This document shows positions 28,247-41,974 of a stretch of 64,000 nt of DNA, in pieces. The position numbers and the translations under genes are program-made. Origin of the DNA: Trichoplax sp. H2 (lineage: Eukaryota). The stretch's first letter is position 1; each line of letters opens with the position of its first letter. The stretch covers positions 1 to 64,000 of the forward strand of contig NOWV01000124.1 of assembly GCA_003344405.1 (NCBI GenBank), read 5' to 3'. Below the pieces are notes generated by a model. That model did no database searches. It saw only the letters and a program-made list of their open reading frames with translations, and was not told the DNA's origin.

Positions 28247-29251
28247 CTACGATCTCGGTAATTCTTCAACCTGAATTACTATAGATGAGGTTTCTTGCAA
28301 TCCTAAGCTCAGGCGTTTTATTACTTTCTTTGCACTCTTACGGACATTAGCATCGAATTTAAAATAAATAAAAGGATTCAGAATTGTTATACTTGTTGTA
28401 GTAGAGAATGAAAAGAATGCTAATAAAAACGCGGCCAAACTTCTGTTTCTAACTGCAATAAATGAATCTCGAGTGATTGCAAATCCGAATAAGGTCGCAA
28501 AATAAGGCCAGGTAGTTAATATGTATGATAGATTAATGCTTATTAGTGATCTGATAAATTTTCGCTTTTGAATTTTTCCTTCAGTGCTCTCACTCCCGAT
28601 ACACTGACCAGGCTGAGTATAATTTTTTTGATGAACTACAATTTGCCAGTAGATTAGTGCAATTATTGATGACGGTATAACATAGATAATTACAATAAAG
28701 GCAATTAGATAAGAGGCAATCCAATTAGTTATGGTATCATGTTCACACATCATAGTGTTTTCTCGCTGAACTTTCATAAATATTAGCTTTGGAGATGTTA
28801 CTGTAAGCGATAGCAGCCATATCATAATCTCAGCGCTAATTAAAATACGTTTTTTGTAAATGCGATAAAATCTTGTCAAAGGTCTAACGATTGCGAAATA
28901 TCGATCAGTTGCAATTAAACATAAGTTCATCATAGAGATCCCATAAGATGATTGAGCTACAAAGAAAACACCTTTACACAGTACTGATCCTAAGATATAA
29001 TCGAGAGTAAATCCAGCGACATGAGTATAAACAATGATAGAAACTATGGTTGAGATAATATCTGAGATAACAGATGCAAGAATTAAGTAATACGTAACCT
29101 TACGGAAAAAATTATCCGTCAGTAAAATATAGAATAAGAATAGATTAGCGATCAATCCTGTCACCGCCAATGGAAGAGCTGCTAACGAAGCATAAGTATA
29201 AACTTTTGAATAAAATTCTTTCAAGCTATTATTTTCAACGGAAATATTCAT
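28247..29251 (-). CDS. Intronless class A GPCR, 334 aa (cluster gene 4)
   Basis: 7TM pattern with GLIAN, SD, DRY, MCE, YVIP, TWP and NPFIY. Confidence 0.93.
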   Translation of the reverse strand: MNISVENNSLKEFYSKVYTYASLAALPLAVTGLIANLFLFYILLTDNFFRKVTYYLILASVISDIISTIVSIIVYTHVAGFTLDYILGSVLCKGVFFVAQSSYGISMMNLCLIATDRYFAIVRPLTRFYRIYKKRILISAEIMIWLLSLTVTSPKLIFMKVQRENTMMCEHDTITNWIASYLIAFIVIIYVIPSSIIALIYWQIVVHQKNYTQPGQCIGSESTEGKIQKRKFIRSLISINLSYILTTWPYFATLFGFAITRDSFIAVRNRSLAAFLLAFFSFSTTTSITILNPFIYFKFDANVRKSAKKVIKRLSLGLQETSSIVIQVEELPRS

Positions 29252-31384
29252 AACTATCTGAAAATCGACAATGTTCTTAACAAATTTACGGAATAGCGAA
29301 TGGAAGACTAATATGATTCTCCTACAGAAATTACTTGTAACTGATGTTTCATATAATTTTTATTCAGGATGTACTCTTATTCAAATATTTTATATTAAAA
29401 TGGGTGAAAGAGAAAGCTAATTATCGATATATTAATATATTATTTAAGTATGTTCCAACCAGTAAACATTAAATTGCCGCAAAACGCAAATTGAGGGCCT
29501 CCTAAATTGATTCTTTAGATATAATAGATGAATGCTTTACGTCATATATCAGCATACACTGTACGTAAGCTCTAACTTTATTGAATGACAAGGACTATTA
29601 TTATGCGCATGCTATATATTAGCACTAACAAATCCTTATTGCTCGTAGATGTTATAAGCTAGATCAAGGACAAAAAGTTCAAAGGTCAACTAATATGATA
29701 ATGACTATGTAATGGTAGTAATTAATAGATTTCTTACCCAGTAGAGAGTAGAGACAGCTCTGGAATTGAATGCTAAAATAAGTGGATTGAATACTGAAAA
29801 ATACTTTTAATCTCCTGTTAACAGGAAAGAAATTGAATTGCATTAATACACAATAAGGCTCGAAAGCATCATCTTCTTTACCTAAGCTAGCATAATTAGC
29901 AATTTAAGAAGGCACCATGGTTAAGGTGCGTAACAGTAGCAGGACTTTCTTTAATGATTATAATAGAATTTTGAGGATAGCTCTACTCATTTATCGTTAA
30001 ATTCTATTGACTAGTTAGATTCATATTGCTATAACTACTGGGAAACCTATGTTAATATTCGTTTTTATTTAATGCTTTACTAAGATAAGTGCCATTCTGA
30101 ATGCAACATATTGTTACGGAGTTTCTGTATGATAGAATACATTACTATAGAAATAAAGATTTTTGAAACTTGGAATACTGCTTCTTTTCAATCGTTTTTG
30201 TGAGAGTTCCGATATCATCAGTAAGTGTCATACCTTTTCATAATAACGTATTAAGCAGACTGTACCCTTGCTAATGTTAGTTCTAGGTATTTAATCAAGT
30301 TGATAATTTGATAAGTAGTATCGCATTATACCATTTCCTACCGCCTTGATTAGATTTATAACACCTATCTAAACAAGCTATCCGCTTATACAGTCCTTCT
30401 GAGATGAAACAAGAAAGTATCACATCTTGCCATTTCCATGAAGCATTATGAAAAGGCAATGATCAAATATACTCGTATACTTATTCCTATTTAACTTCTA
30501 TTGGCACGGAATGGTAAACTATCTCACTTATATAAAATGTCTTCACCTAAAGAACTGTAACATTATTTGGTTCTGTAATAGTGATCATTGGCCAAATATA
30601 ATAGCAATCGTCAATGATTGTTAATGTTATAGAGTTACTATAATAGATTTTATTTCTCCTAAACATCGAAATTAATGACATAAATCAGGCTAAAATCGGC
30701 ATTTATTTCGTAATACTTTTTTGAATAAGTTAATATAAACAGAGTATAAGATTAATAATTCTAATTATTTAAAAGATATTTTGCTAAAGATTACTACAAT
30801 CACCTATTAATAACCTTCTTTCATTTTTTGTAAATTGTAGATACTTATTTAATAAAATATCTCATTGATTGATTCTTTTCCTCAAGCCTTTAAATGTTAA
30901 ACTACATTATTCATTTAGAATTTCTTAATGCCACTTTAGCGTTGCAAATGCTGTTGCTTTACTATAAACAATAGTAAGAAAAGCGCCATTTCAAAAGAGA
31001 AAGGGTCAATGTACTCGCCATATTCATAAAAAATTTACTTAGTAAGAAGTTTTAATTTTAATTGGATTATTAGCTAAAACAAATGTACTAGTTACAGTAG
31101 ATCAATTCCATGACAAAGCAAAGTTAACATTAAAATTATTGTTGTTTGCTGCAAATTCTTTAATATAAATTTTGGGTAATATTTCCTTATTTGAAAATTT
31201 TAATTGCTATATTCAATAAAGCTACATTAATGGTATTGGATGCCATTAGGGCTGCTAAAGTTTGATGATTATAATTGCCAATATCAAGTATTGTTAATTG
31301 ATAGCTATCGTTACCTACCTGCATATGCTATATGATTGTATGTGAACTAATATTCCACAGCTATGAGGATATCCTACAATTTAC

Positions 31385-31511
31385 TGTTACCGCGTTTATT
31401 CAAAAATCCGTCATTTTTCAAAATGCCTAGTGAATTTGTAAAATGCCTAGTGATTTGTAAAATGTCTACTGATTTTGTAAAATGACGGATTTTTGTATAA
31501 ATGCGGTAACA
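31385..31511. mobile_element. MITE-like element with ~33-bp terminal inverted repeats and internal 19-20 bp tandem repeats
   Basis: TGTTACCGCGTTTATTCAAAAATCCGTCATTTT versus AAAATGACGGATTTTTGTATAAATGCGGTAACA (2 mismatches). Internal AAAATGCCTAGTGA(A)TTTGT repeats. Confidence 0.7.
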
Positions 31512-31834
31512 TTGTTTTTTTAATTTCTTCGAAATGATTAGACACGGAAATACTTGATTAAAATCAGTTGCTATAGTAAGATGGCCAAACATTTTCGAAA
31601 TTATTAGACACGGAAATATTTGATTAAATGATATTCAATTCTCTAACTTACAGCAGTGACAAGAGTTCACGTCTAGACCTTTTCGATCATGTCTAGACCT
31701 TGCAATCATTTCTAGATAATTGTGAAAGAAGGCATTTCCTAAAATTGAAAGCAATTGCTTGAATTCCCATTTAAACAAATTTTGAACAGAATCGCGATTC
31801 AACCAATTTTAAGACATAAGCTGTATTTTATAAG

Positions 31835-32824
31835 TTAAAAACTTCTTACTGAGAATGCTAATTTTCTTGTATCTGTAATATTGCATATGCCTTTAAGAAG
31901 TTGCGTAGATCTATTCCTGATATTGTTATCAAATTTAAGATATATAAACGGGCTTATAATAGAGATACTGCTAGTGACAAAGACAGAAAAAAATGTGAGC
32001 AAATATTCTGAGAAATTACCAGTGACTATCTGTAAATGAGATTTTTTAGTTATAACCATTCCTAGAATTATTGCAAAGAGCGGCCAAGAAATGAAGACAT
32101 AGGATAATGAAATACTTATCAACATTTTTATATATTTTTTTTCTTCGAGTGATATCGATAAGCTTGATTGACTAATACATCTATAGGTTGTATATAATTT
32201 CTTTGATGATTAATAATTCGAAGATAAATGGCAATAATGCTAAATGAAGGTAAAATGTACAGGAAGATAACAATAGCAGCTATATATGTACGAATTGCTT
32301 GTGTAAAAGCTGGAAAGTCGCAAATCATAGGATGGGCTTTATAAACTATTGCACCGAATAAAACTGGAGCTGTTACTGAAATAGAAGCAAACCAAATGGA
32401 AACTTCACAAGTAATTACTATTACCCTCTTATTCGTACGGTAAAAATGTGAGAATGGTTTTAGGATCACAAAATAACGATCTACACCTATCAAACAGAGT
32501 CATAATCGATATACCATAAGAAGTGTACATGATAAAGATTGAGTATCTGCACATTAACGTTCCTCCATGGTAGTTAAGAGCATGGCCTGCTATTTGAATG
32601 TAACCGCCAATTGCCGCGGATGTTGATACAATATTAGATATAACAGATACACTAACTAAATAATACGTTGTTTGATGGAAATATTTGTCTGTTGTTAACA
32701 AATATATTATTAATATATTTGTAATTAACCCAATAAATGAAACGGCTATTGATGCAATGGACGCTTTACTATGCAAAACAGTAAAATAGTCGTTTTCGTG
32801 GCCAGAATCATTAGAATTGTTCAT
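31835..32824 (-). pseudogene. Class A GPCR with two frameshifts (cluster gene 5)
   Basis: Three ORF pieces join into a full 7TM receptor. There is a 2-bp loss at about 32495 (CTG[TG]TTTGATAGGTGTAGATCGT = L-C-L-I-G-V-D-R) and a 1-bp loss in the A8 run at 32135-32142. No other stops. Confidence 0.85.
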
Positions 32825-35509
32825 TTTCTCCTTTCGCTTATTAGGTACGTCAGTAATTTAAACCTTTTCGTTCAAACGCAATTAATAATATTAAATTTCT
32901 TAATAATTGAAAATCAGAAGCAAATGCAATTTAAATAGTCATTGTCTATAAACTGAAAGATTAAATCATAACTATATTATTGTTATATTCCAATTCAATA
33001 AAAATAAAATTTATAAATCAGCATAGTCAAATAGGCTTCACTTTGGAGTCAATAACTACAAAACTATTCCATAAATACAATTTGTTTTATTATCTTATTG
33101 ATATAGTATTGACTGCAGTTAAATCGCATTGTTATATTCTCGTTATGGTGTTTATTGCTGATGCAATGACAATTAATGAAGATAATGAAAAATTATCTAG
33201 ATTTAGTAACTTATACTAAATATGAGTACATAAAAGAAACAGTATTTAAGGCTGTACTAGCTAAGCATGACAGTTTTTACGAAAAGTTGTTGTTAAGAGC
33301 AGATCTTGTTACTCGTTGGTAAAATATAATATAGTTGTTTTTCAGTTACTCGTTGGTAACTTCTATCTATAACTAATAGATTGAATATAGCCAGATCTAG
33401 AGTCTGTTTTTATTATTTACTACTACATCCTAACACGCATAAATGACTTAGTAATGCATTATCGAGTGACAAAAATTACAGATAAACTATATATATATAT
33501 ACGTGACCGACTTCGTATACGGTCACGTTCATATACATGCCTCATCATAGTGATACCGGTAAAATTAAAAATATTTATTGCTATGAAGTTAACTTTAACT
33601 GGTTAAATTCGCCATAAATGTTTAGAATTGAAAAATTTGTAATGTTGAATTTCTGTAGAAAGTCATCAACCTATAGTTCTTATTTAATCACTTTGTAGTA
33701 ATTGTAATAAGACCCAGTAGTTTACAGTATATAGCTGTTTCTGAAATATTAGTATGCTCAGCCTTCAAATTCTTAATTTATTAAATTTGGATATGCAATA
33801 ACGTATTTATTTTCTACGGTTGGTGATGTATTGGTATCGAAGACACAATCTCACTAACAGATTTAATTTTAGTGAATTGAAATTGATTATATTCAAATAT
33901 CATAATTTTTAGAATTGCTTACTTCTGAAATGCGAATTGCATGTATAGTAACTACGATTGAAGAAAGAAGCTGTAATTGATGTGGCAAATATTGCAGTAG
34001 CAAAAGTAGTTTAGAGAAATCGAGTACACGTTATACGAAAATGCAAGAGTAGGACGTTATTGATAGTCAATAGGTTGGTTGCTATGGAACGAATACTGTG
34101 AAGCACGATACTGCATTAAACTATATGGACATATTAGAAATCTATTCTTGTTATTTCGGTTCACAGTTGATATTTAACGAATTGCCCTCATGTTGCTTAT
34201 TCTTATCAACTGGTTACTTGATAATAAAAGGAAATATATTAATTATTTTGTTATTGACTACTATAGCTAGCTTCTTCTATAACAGCATAATTATTTTCAG
34301 TGTTGGAATTACTAAAATTTTATTGGCTTTCTTACTTTTCAGAAAAGTCTTTCACTAGACTCGTACAACTATCCATGAAAGCGTCGCGATAAGTAGGTAA
34401 AAATATTGACTAAGAGTAATTAAATATTTTCTATACTTTTAAAAATGGATATCAGATTTGAAATATTTTAAGTTGAAGTGCCACGAAATACTATTATGAT
34501 TTTCGTAAGGAATTATGATGTTTTATAGCCTTAAATGGATAGCATTATTAATATGATGACTTTACCGATAAACACGGATTACAATTCTAAAGTCACAACC
34601 TTCAAAGATTTTTGAGTCCGAGGAGTAGTCACTGTTTTTCAATATTTATTAACTACTTTATGGTAGCTTACCATACTAGCGCCATTACCATGCTTATGGC
34701 CTTCGTATTAATATATATTCCCATACATTATGTCAATATTTCATTCATAGTAAACGTTACTATAATTTTTGCAGGCTGTCATAATGCCTAATATGCTCAC
34801 TGTAATGGCATACCGCTAGCAGTAAGTCGTTTCTACATTAGAGGCGTGAATTTGAAATTTGAGTCTTCGAAAAGTTATAGCCTTAAAGGACTTGAAGATT
34901 CCGAAATCGCTAATAACAATGAAGTTCATTGTAACAGCATACTGTACTTCTAACAGAAGACTGAAACGATATACCTGAAAAAAAATTAGAAGTATCATGT
35001 CCATCTAGTTAACTGAATCTTCCAATTTTCGATCATCGCAAACAATTTATTGAGTTCCCTTGAACGGGATATCTGATAACGGCAACATGCATATCACAGC
35101 TGAGTTCAGTATGAGTATATCGTAACTTATTTTACTGACTAATTTATCAGTATTAAAGTCAATTAACAAGGAAAATATGTAATCGCTAATTTTAAGAAGC
35201 AAAAAATAGAAAGGTTAGGAGTAGAAGTATCTAATAAGGCGTTACCGCTAAACATATGCAGGCAGTAAGTTGTTCAATATGTTGATTTGTTGATGATTTA
35301 TAAGTTTTAAATCAGCAAGTACAACTTTAGACAAGTACTATGACCAATGTTTGGATCAATAATGGATTTATTTCTTTAAAATAAAATAGTATCTAGTATA
35401 TACTATTTGGTGGATCAGAAAGATAAAGTAACTTAAAATTCCGTGCTGTAGTTAAACAAGAATTAAAACATTAAAAATCATTACTGACATTTATTAATGT
35501 TTACGAGTA

Positions 35510-36548
35510 TGTTACAACCAATCACAAAAATCTAAAATTTATAGAAAATTAGATCTTTATTGGATCTTTATACAAGAATAATGCGTGCATATCCTCAGCT
35601 CTACTCTAACCGAATACTACTTAACACTTCTAGAAAGAGCTACTAGAATAATCTAAGTTTCCAGCTGTTACGGTTCATCATTACCGTAAATAAAAAAAGA
35701 TATATATTCATATTTTTTTCGAAAGTAGAGTTGTGACATATTAAGTCGTTAATGGATTTCTATTAATGAATGTGTGATAAAGATTGTCACACTTGATTAG
35801 TGAGTTGTTAAGTAGCAAGTCTAGCTGATTAGTTAATTGGTGTAAGAGTAATAAACACTTAATATTAATTTACCGATATTTATTCTATACTGACTATCAT
35901 AAATATATGTTATACAAAATCAAGTACATTGTAAATAGAATTATGCCGATGGAAACTGGCACAGGTATATAAGAGCGTGCCTTTAATCATAGAAGGAGTT
36001 CTGATATTACATTGCCTAGTAGTGTATTCTATCGTTCGAATAAAGAGGATTTATGAAGTTATCTGGATATACTCACTTCTGAATAAGGTCTTATACTGAG
36101 CTGGTCGAGTTAGAGAAGCTTATTAGCAACGGTATATTACGGTAGAGCGGTTAAGCTAGGAATAAAATTAGTTATTTGTGCTACAAACGACGTTATGACA
36201 CCAGCTGTTACAAATCTACTTCTTTATAACAAGAAACCGGGTCTTAAACACTATCTTCACTAGTACTTGTGTTCCCAACTAAATTAGGGACCTATCGTAG
36301 TTGAACTAACTCTCAGCTACACAAAAAAACTACTATTGAGTAATAGGTTTAAATACTTTAGTTTATTTTCGTTAACCTTAGTAGTAAAATGTACTAAAGA
36401 AAAACGTAAGAATATTCTTAGCAATAATAGTCAAAAGATCCTGCAAATGACTAACTGGAACTGAGAAGCTAAGACAGTATATCATTACAGTTATTCTACT
36501 ATCGTAAATTAATACTAGTTATACGCAAGGAGCATCAAGCTCCGTAAC
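35510..36548 (-). mobile_element. Family A-related LTR-like element, interrupted by LTR C
   Basis: The minus strand starts TGTTACGGAG and ends GATTGGTTGTAACA. 35510-35660 resembles the 3' end of family A. No matching TSD was found. Confidence 0.5.
35666..36200 (+). mobile_element. Solo LTR-like element, family C (535 bp), nested insertion
   Basis: TGTTAC...TATGACA with perfect 5-bp TSD CCAGC (35661-35665, 36201-36205). Contains TATATAA and AATAAA. Confidence 0.8.
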
Positions 36549-36746
36549 AATACTTACAGTTAAGTATTTGTAAGGTTGTTCGGTTTATACTTCTCTCCAT
36601 TTTTCTTATAATAAATTGTTGATCGATTGTTTCCCCAAATTTTATTTGGTGTCAAAGTTTTGTTAAGTCGATCGGAGTGCAACGAAAGTAGAATCAAAGT
36701 TTATTAAAGTTTTGTAGCTTGATCTCTATACTTTTCATTCATTACA
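36548..36746 (+). repeat. Interspersed repeat D, copy 2
   Basis: Similar to 15843-16041; ends CATTACA. Confidence 0.75.
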
Positions 36747-38967
36747 CTGACATCTGCCAGTAAATAAATCTAAGAACTGATAATCTTTTCATTGGAGGAA
36801 ATTACTCTAAACTAAGCATTTATTTGCATAAATTTGAATTTGAATTTCAATGCAAAATCAGTCACTTAAAGCTATCAGTGAGCAATATGAAGCCATTATG
36901 TCTTTATCCATAAAAGTATAAAATACTTCATGGATAAAGCGGTATAGTTAAAATTTCCTAATTAAATATTTATGATAAGTACTGTTTAGCTGCTACTCTA
37001 TAGATTATTCTATAGCAGACATTATAGCCTGGATATGAGAATTAAATCCGGTAAGTTTTGTTAACATTTACGAGAAAGAGCCACAAAAGCTAGCGACTTG
37101 CAGGAGAAGTTAGTCTACAACTTAGTTGCTGACTATGAAAGCATTACCTGTGCAACTGTATTTCAACGCGATTACAATTTACCTTATAAACCATTTCAGC
37201 GACTACTAGTACCAGTTGGAGTGAGCTAATTTTAAGAATAATAGACGAAGAGATAGAAATGACTATACTGTAGATTCAGTAGAACCAATATGTGATGCAG
37301 AGCAATTAGTAGTGCTAATGTGAAGATGCAGATCATGCACTTATACATTACATAGCGCTCTGGTACCCCGTTTAGGTTGTTGGACAGGTTGAGTAAAAGT
37401 TCAGGACTACTAATATAATGAAACCGAGCTCCGATATTACCGCGGAAGGCCTGGATGTTAAATTTTAAAAAAGTTTTTACTGAAAAATATTCGTTGTGCG
37501 GTCATGCGAAACCAATTACTCTTAGCCTCTTGTTGTTAATTTAACAACGTTTCGATTAATTTACATATTATTTAAGTGCAACATTTATAGCTTAATTTAT
37601 TAATTAAACCGATTAAGACTATAGCAAACCTCTAAGACAGTAATTGCATAGTATAGTATAGTCTATGTGAATGAATATTAATCTTGGAGTTGTGTTTCGA
37701 TTAATAGGATTGAGTAACAAATTAATGAAGATTGTCACCAATTTTAATGTAAACTAGAAATAGGGCTGAAGATTCATATGCTACTTTACAATTTATGATC
37801 TTCAATGATTGTTTCATAGAATCGGACTACTATAAAAGTTAGCTTCAAATTTCAATAGCAGAATTTAAATACTGGTAACTCGTATCGAATTTCAATGTAA
37901 ATCTCAGAAAACCATCAGTCATTGTTGATTACATTTTCTTGCGTTTAAATTCCATTAAAGAAGCTGATAGCTTTTAGTGATTAAGTTTGCTTTACTCTTT
38001 TAAACTGACGTGTATCGTAAGTATGTTGTTTATGTCGATACTATCGCAACAGTTTATTCTTGCATTAATAACATGATGATAGTATACAATTTAATACAAT
38101 GATAGTCAAACGAAATTACTTATTAACTTTTATTCGTGATCTAAACACGAAAGTATTTCTAATCAAGTGCTTTTAATTCTATAAGCAATCATTTCATAAA
38201 CATAAAAATCTAATTCCAAAGTATTATAGAATGAAGGCTATAAAGTTATTGTAAATTACAGCGTTAAACAAAACACAATTGCCTAATATCATTAGCAAAT
38301 AATCATTAATCTATTTATTGAAGGGAAAGAATTCTTTAAATAATCATCTGTAAACGAAATCATGAATTTCGATAGAATATAAAATAGCAGTCTTATTGCA
38401 TTTTAGGATTGTAGTTCAATAAGATTTATTTTCTATTCTGTATACAGCGACAATAATAATTAATTTTTTGATTACAAGTAAAATGGAATTGAAATCAGAG
38501 CTAAATTAATACACAGGCTATTTAACAAAATTTTATTCTAGCGTACGGTGATTCGATTTCGTATCATTAATATTTTGATTATTACCCTTTCGACGATTTC
38601 TTCAGCTTGTTTCCAGATTAATTAACAACGTAAAATTAATTCACCAAAAGTATCCTTATACTAGTGATTAATGAATTAGATTCTTTAGTTATTTTCTTAG
38701 AATATATAAGAATAACTGATATAATATTAAACATTTACATAATAATTAATATCAAACTATATAATCATTTTTCGATGTTAATCAAAGGTTTCCCTGATGA
38801 AAGGAGAAATAATTTGCTCCATCTTTTATTATCCTTCAAGTTTTAATTTGAATACTTACGCCATATCCGCTGTTTTCTTATGAATAACCGCGTTACAACT
38901 CGCATATATTTGAAATCGAAGTCATACCGTTAGCTTGGTTAAAAATTCGTAATATTAATTTAACATC

Positions 38968-39984
38968 TCAGCGGGCTGAAGACATGACTCTGATATGATG
39001 TAGCCTTCGTTGTCGATTTGATTCTAAACCTAGAAGTTGCTTGCATACTTTCACTGCTCTTTTTCGGATGTTACTATCAAACAGCAGATATGTAAAAGGA
39101 CTAATGATAGTTATACTTGTAGTCAATGATCTTGATAATAGCGACGTAACGTAGGCCACTTTATCAGTAAAACGTAGCTGATAATACGTTTTTTTAGTTA
39201 TAGCATACCCTAAGATAGTAGCAAAGTATGGCCAAGTAAAACAGACGTAAGATATAGCAATACTCATTAGCGCTTTGATGAATCTTTTCTTTTGAGCATC
39301 CTCTTCAATTTGCTCTGCATTATTAGTAGCAGGACTAACGTAATTTTTTCGAAAAATTATTATTTTTACATAAACGGTAACGATAAAAGTCGACGGTATG
39401 ATATATAGCATGATGACAAGAAATATTAAATAGGCAGAAATTATGTTTGTAATGGGTATAAAATCGCATAACCCGTAATCTTTATTTTTGGATTCCATTA
39501 CGAGAATCAAGGGAGCATTAATTATCACTGCAGTTATCCAGATCGATATTTCGACAAATAAAAGGAAATTATTTTTATATAGACGATTAAATTGCGACAC
39601 AGCTTTTACTATATTACAGTATCTGTCGAAAGCAATTAAACATAAATTCATAATTGAAATCGTATATGATGTAGCTGTAATATAAACAGCCGATTGGCAC
39701 ATTATATCGGCTCCATTGTCATCAGTGGTTCGAGCTAGGATGTGACTGTAGCCATATGTCATAGATATGGCTGTTATAATATCAGAAGTAACAGAGATCA
39801 TAATAAGGTAATATGTCGGTTTATGAAAATTTCGATCAGTTATAAAGATATAAAGCACAAAGATATTGCTAATTAGTCCAATGATAGCTAATGGAAGAGC
39901 TATTATGGAAGTAATATCATACAACTGAATGAAGAAATTATCAATATTGGTTTCATTCGAATCATTGATAACGCCATGATTCAT
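38968..39984 (-). CDS. Intronless class A GPCR, 338 aa (cluster gene 6)
   Basis: 7TM pattern with GLISN, SD, DRY, LCD, YIIP, TWP and SPFTY. Confidence 0.93.
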   Translation of the reverse strand: MNHGVINDSNETNIDNFFIQLYDITSIIALPLAIIGLISNIFVLYIFITDRNFHKPTYYLIMISVTSDIITAISMTYGYSHILARTTDDNGADIMCQSAVYITATSYTISIMNLCLIAFDRYCNIVKAVSQFNRLYKNNFLLFVEISIWITAVIINAPLILVMESKNKDYGLCDFIPITNIISAYLIFLVIMLYIIPSTFIVTVYVKIIIFRKNYVSPATNNAEQIEEDAQKKRFIKALMSIAISYVCFTWPYFATILGYAITKKTYYQLRFTDKVAYVTSLLSRSLTTSITIISPFTYLLFDSNIRKRAVKVCKQLLGLESNRQRRLHHIRVMSSAR

Positions 39985-41974
39985 GAGTGCAAATCGTTAA
40001 GTGAAGAGTTACACCACAGAAGCTATCAATGAATTTTACATTCACTTACTTGTGAATTTTAAGATTTATCGATACTGTAAAATCACAGTTTCGCTATCAG
40101 ATAGTAGCTAAACTGAATAATGTAACGATAATAAGATTGATCTTCTGGAATTTTAAAATTCCACAAAAATGATGAGGATTAACGTATCATTTTTAGTAAA
40201 TATTCTTACCAAGTTATATAGCAATACTGCCTAGACTTCATTATTCGATCCAAATTTAGCTTTCTGATTCAAACTTTAATTCGTACGGTTAAAGCCCTTT
40301 TTGTCTTAAAGTCACTATAGCGCGAATAAAGTAATAGTTTATTAGTTCATATGAATTTATGCTGACTTCAATTTATTTGTATTGTAACTTAAAAATAAGA
40401 TCAACCACGTATAGCGGAGGATTGTTTTCAAATAAGAAGAGATTTTAGATTGCTGTTGAATTTACGTTGCTTGCACCTATTGCAGAAAAAGATATACCAA
40501 TTAAGTCAGTCGAAATTTTCCTTATTATATAAATGATTTAGAAGAATGTCATTATGATAAAAATAGGTGTAGTGCTATTAAAAATATGGTCTAGGTCTAC
40601 TACTTTTTTTTCATTCCAGAATACGTAAATAAAATGCAAATGACAAGTATTATAACAGTCAGATATACAATTGTATGAATTTCTATAGCTGATAGATGAA
40701 TAATTGCAGTATTCTAATTCAATGATATCAACTTTACTTTCCGTAAAACATGACCGTATCGCAAATACTTCATTTACAGAATGTCCGTTTCATATAAATA
40801 ACATTTACAAAATTGTGAATTTGATGAGCGTCTTCACTTAATCTCAAATTGCTTATATTGCTCCCTATAAGTACTATTCTATATTGCGTATTCGACAGCT
40901 AGCAGTATGGATCAGCTATCATAGAAGTAAATTAGCAATTTCAATAACATCTATAAAAGTATTACAAATTAGAAATTTCGTAATTAGTTTAATTTGCCTA
41001 GCAAATACTGTACCCATATTTAATTTAAATCATAAAGTTTAAAGAATTGCTTGATGCTAAATATAAAGACCTTAGATTTGTTACACGATTAGTATTTCTT
41101 ACTAGAATAGGGGGAATTATATCAAATATTCTGGTTATTCGTAACAATCTAGCACATAAAATCATCTCTTTTTAATTTAGTATTTATTACCTTAGCTTGA
41201 ATATAAATAGACTTTCCTTAGTAATCCCGCTTTTTCTACGATCCTTGTATTAAACAATGTTTAACAATTATAAAGCTATACAGTTAATCATAATCATAAT
41301 ATCAAAATAATACATTTGCTAAATTTATTATCAATAAGGCATCGGTACATCACCAAGTACTACTATGAGGTTGGTTGATCAAGAATCTTCAAGACTTTAA
41401 GAAAATTATGATTTATTGAACAAAAACCTCGTTTATAAAGATGCAATGCAATCGATCAACTGAGGACCTCTAATGAAAAAGAACAATTTTACTGTACTAA
41501 ATTACTCACTTATATACTTTTTTGCTTTAACAATCTTAGCACCTTGACTTACTGCACATTGCAGTATTATCATCTCAAATGCAGGACAGTTTTCATCTTT
41601 CATGTGAAGCTCTAGTGTGAGCATTGAAGAACTTCTCTTCAAAATGATACAGTTACTACGCTAGCAATATCTAATACTTAATCCTCTAACAGAATATCTG
41701 TCACAGTTGAACACAATAATTACGGTAGACATTAAATATATCATCAACTTAGAATACAATATTACACTGTCTTACAGCTGTGTATAAGAATCTTTTAGAA
41801 ATGTAAATTAAAAAATCCTATTTTAAGATCTATTATTGCTTAAATATATTTAATATCCAAAATTATAAGATTTATACTTTACAATACTAACGGTACTGTA
41901 ATAGCTAGTTTCGGGTATTCTGGTATTAATCGTACACAGTACTATATTTAGGATAAGGATTACTAATGGGTACA

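Noticed and set aside
6440-29400. Shared TATA-like or splice-acceptor-like motifs just upstream of GPCR ATGs (genes 1, 2, 4)
   Set aside because: They are not consistent across paralogs and are expected by chance in AT-rich DNA. Transcript data would be needed.
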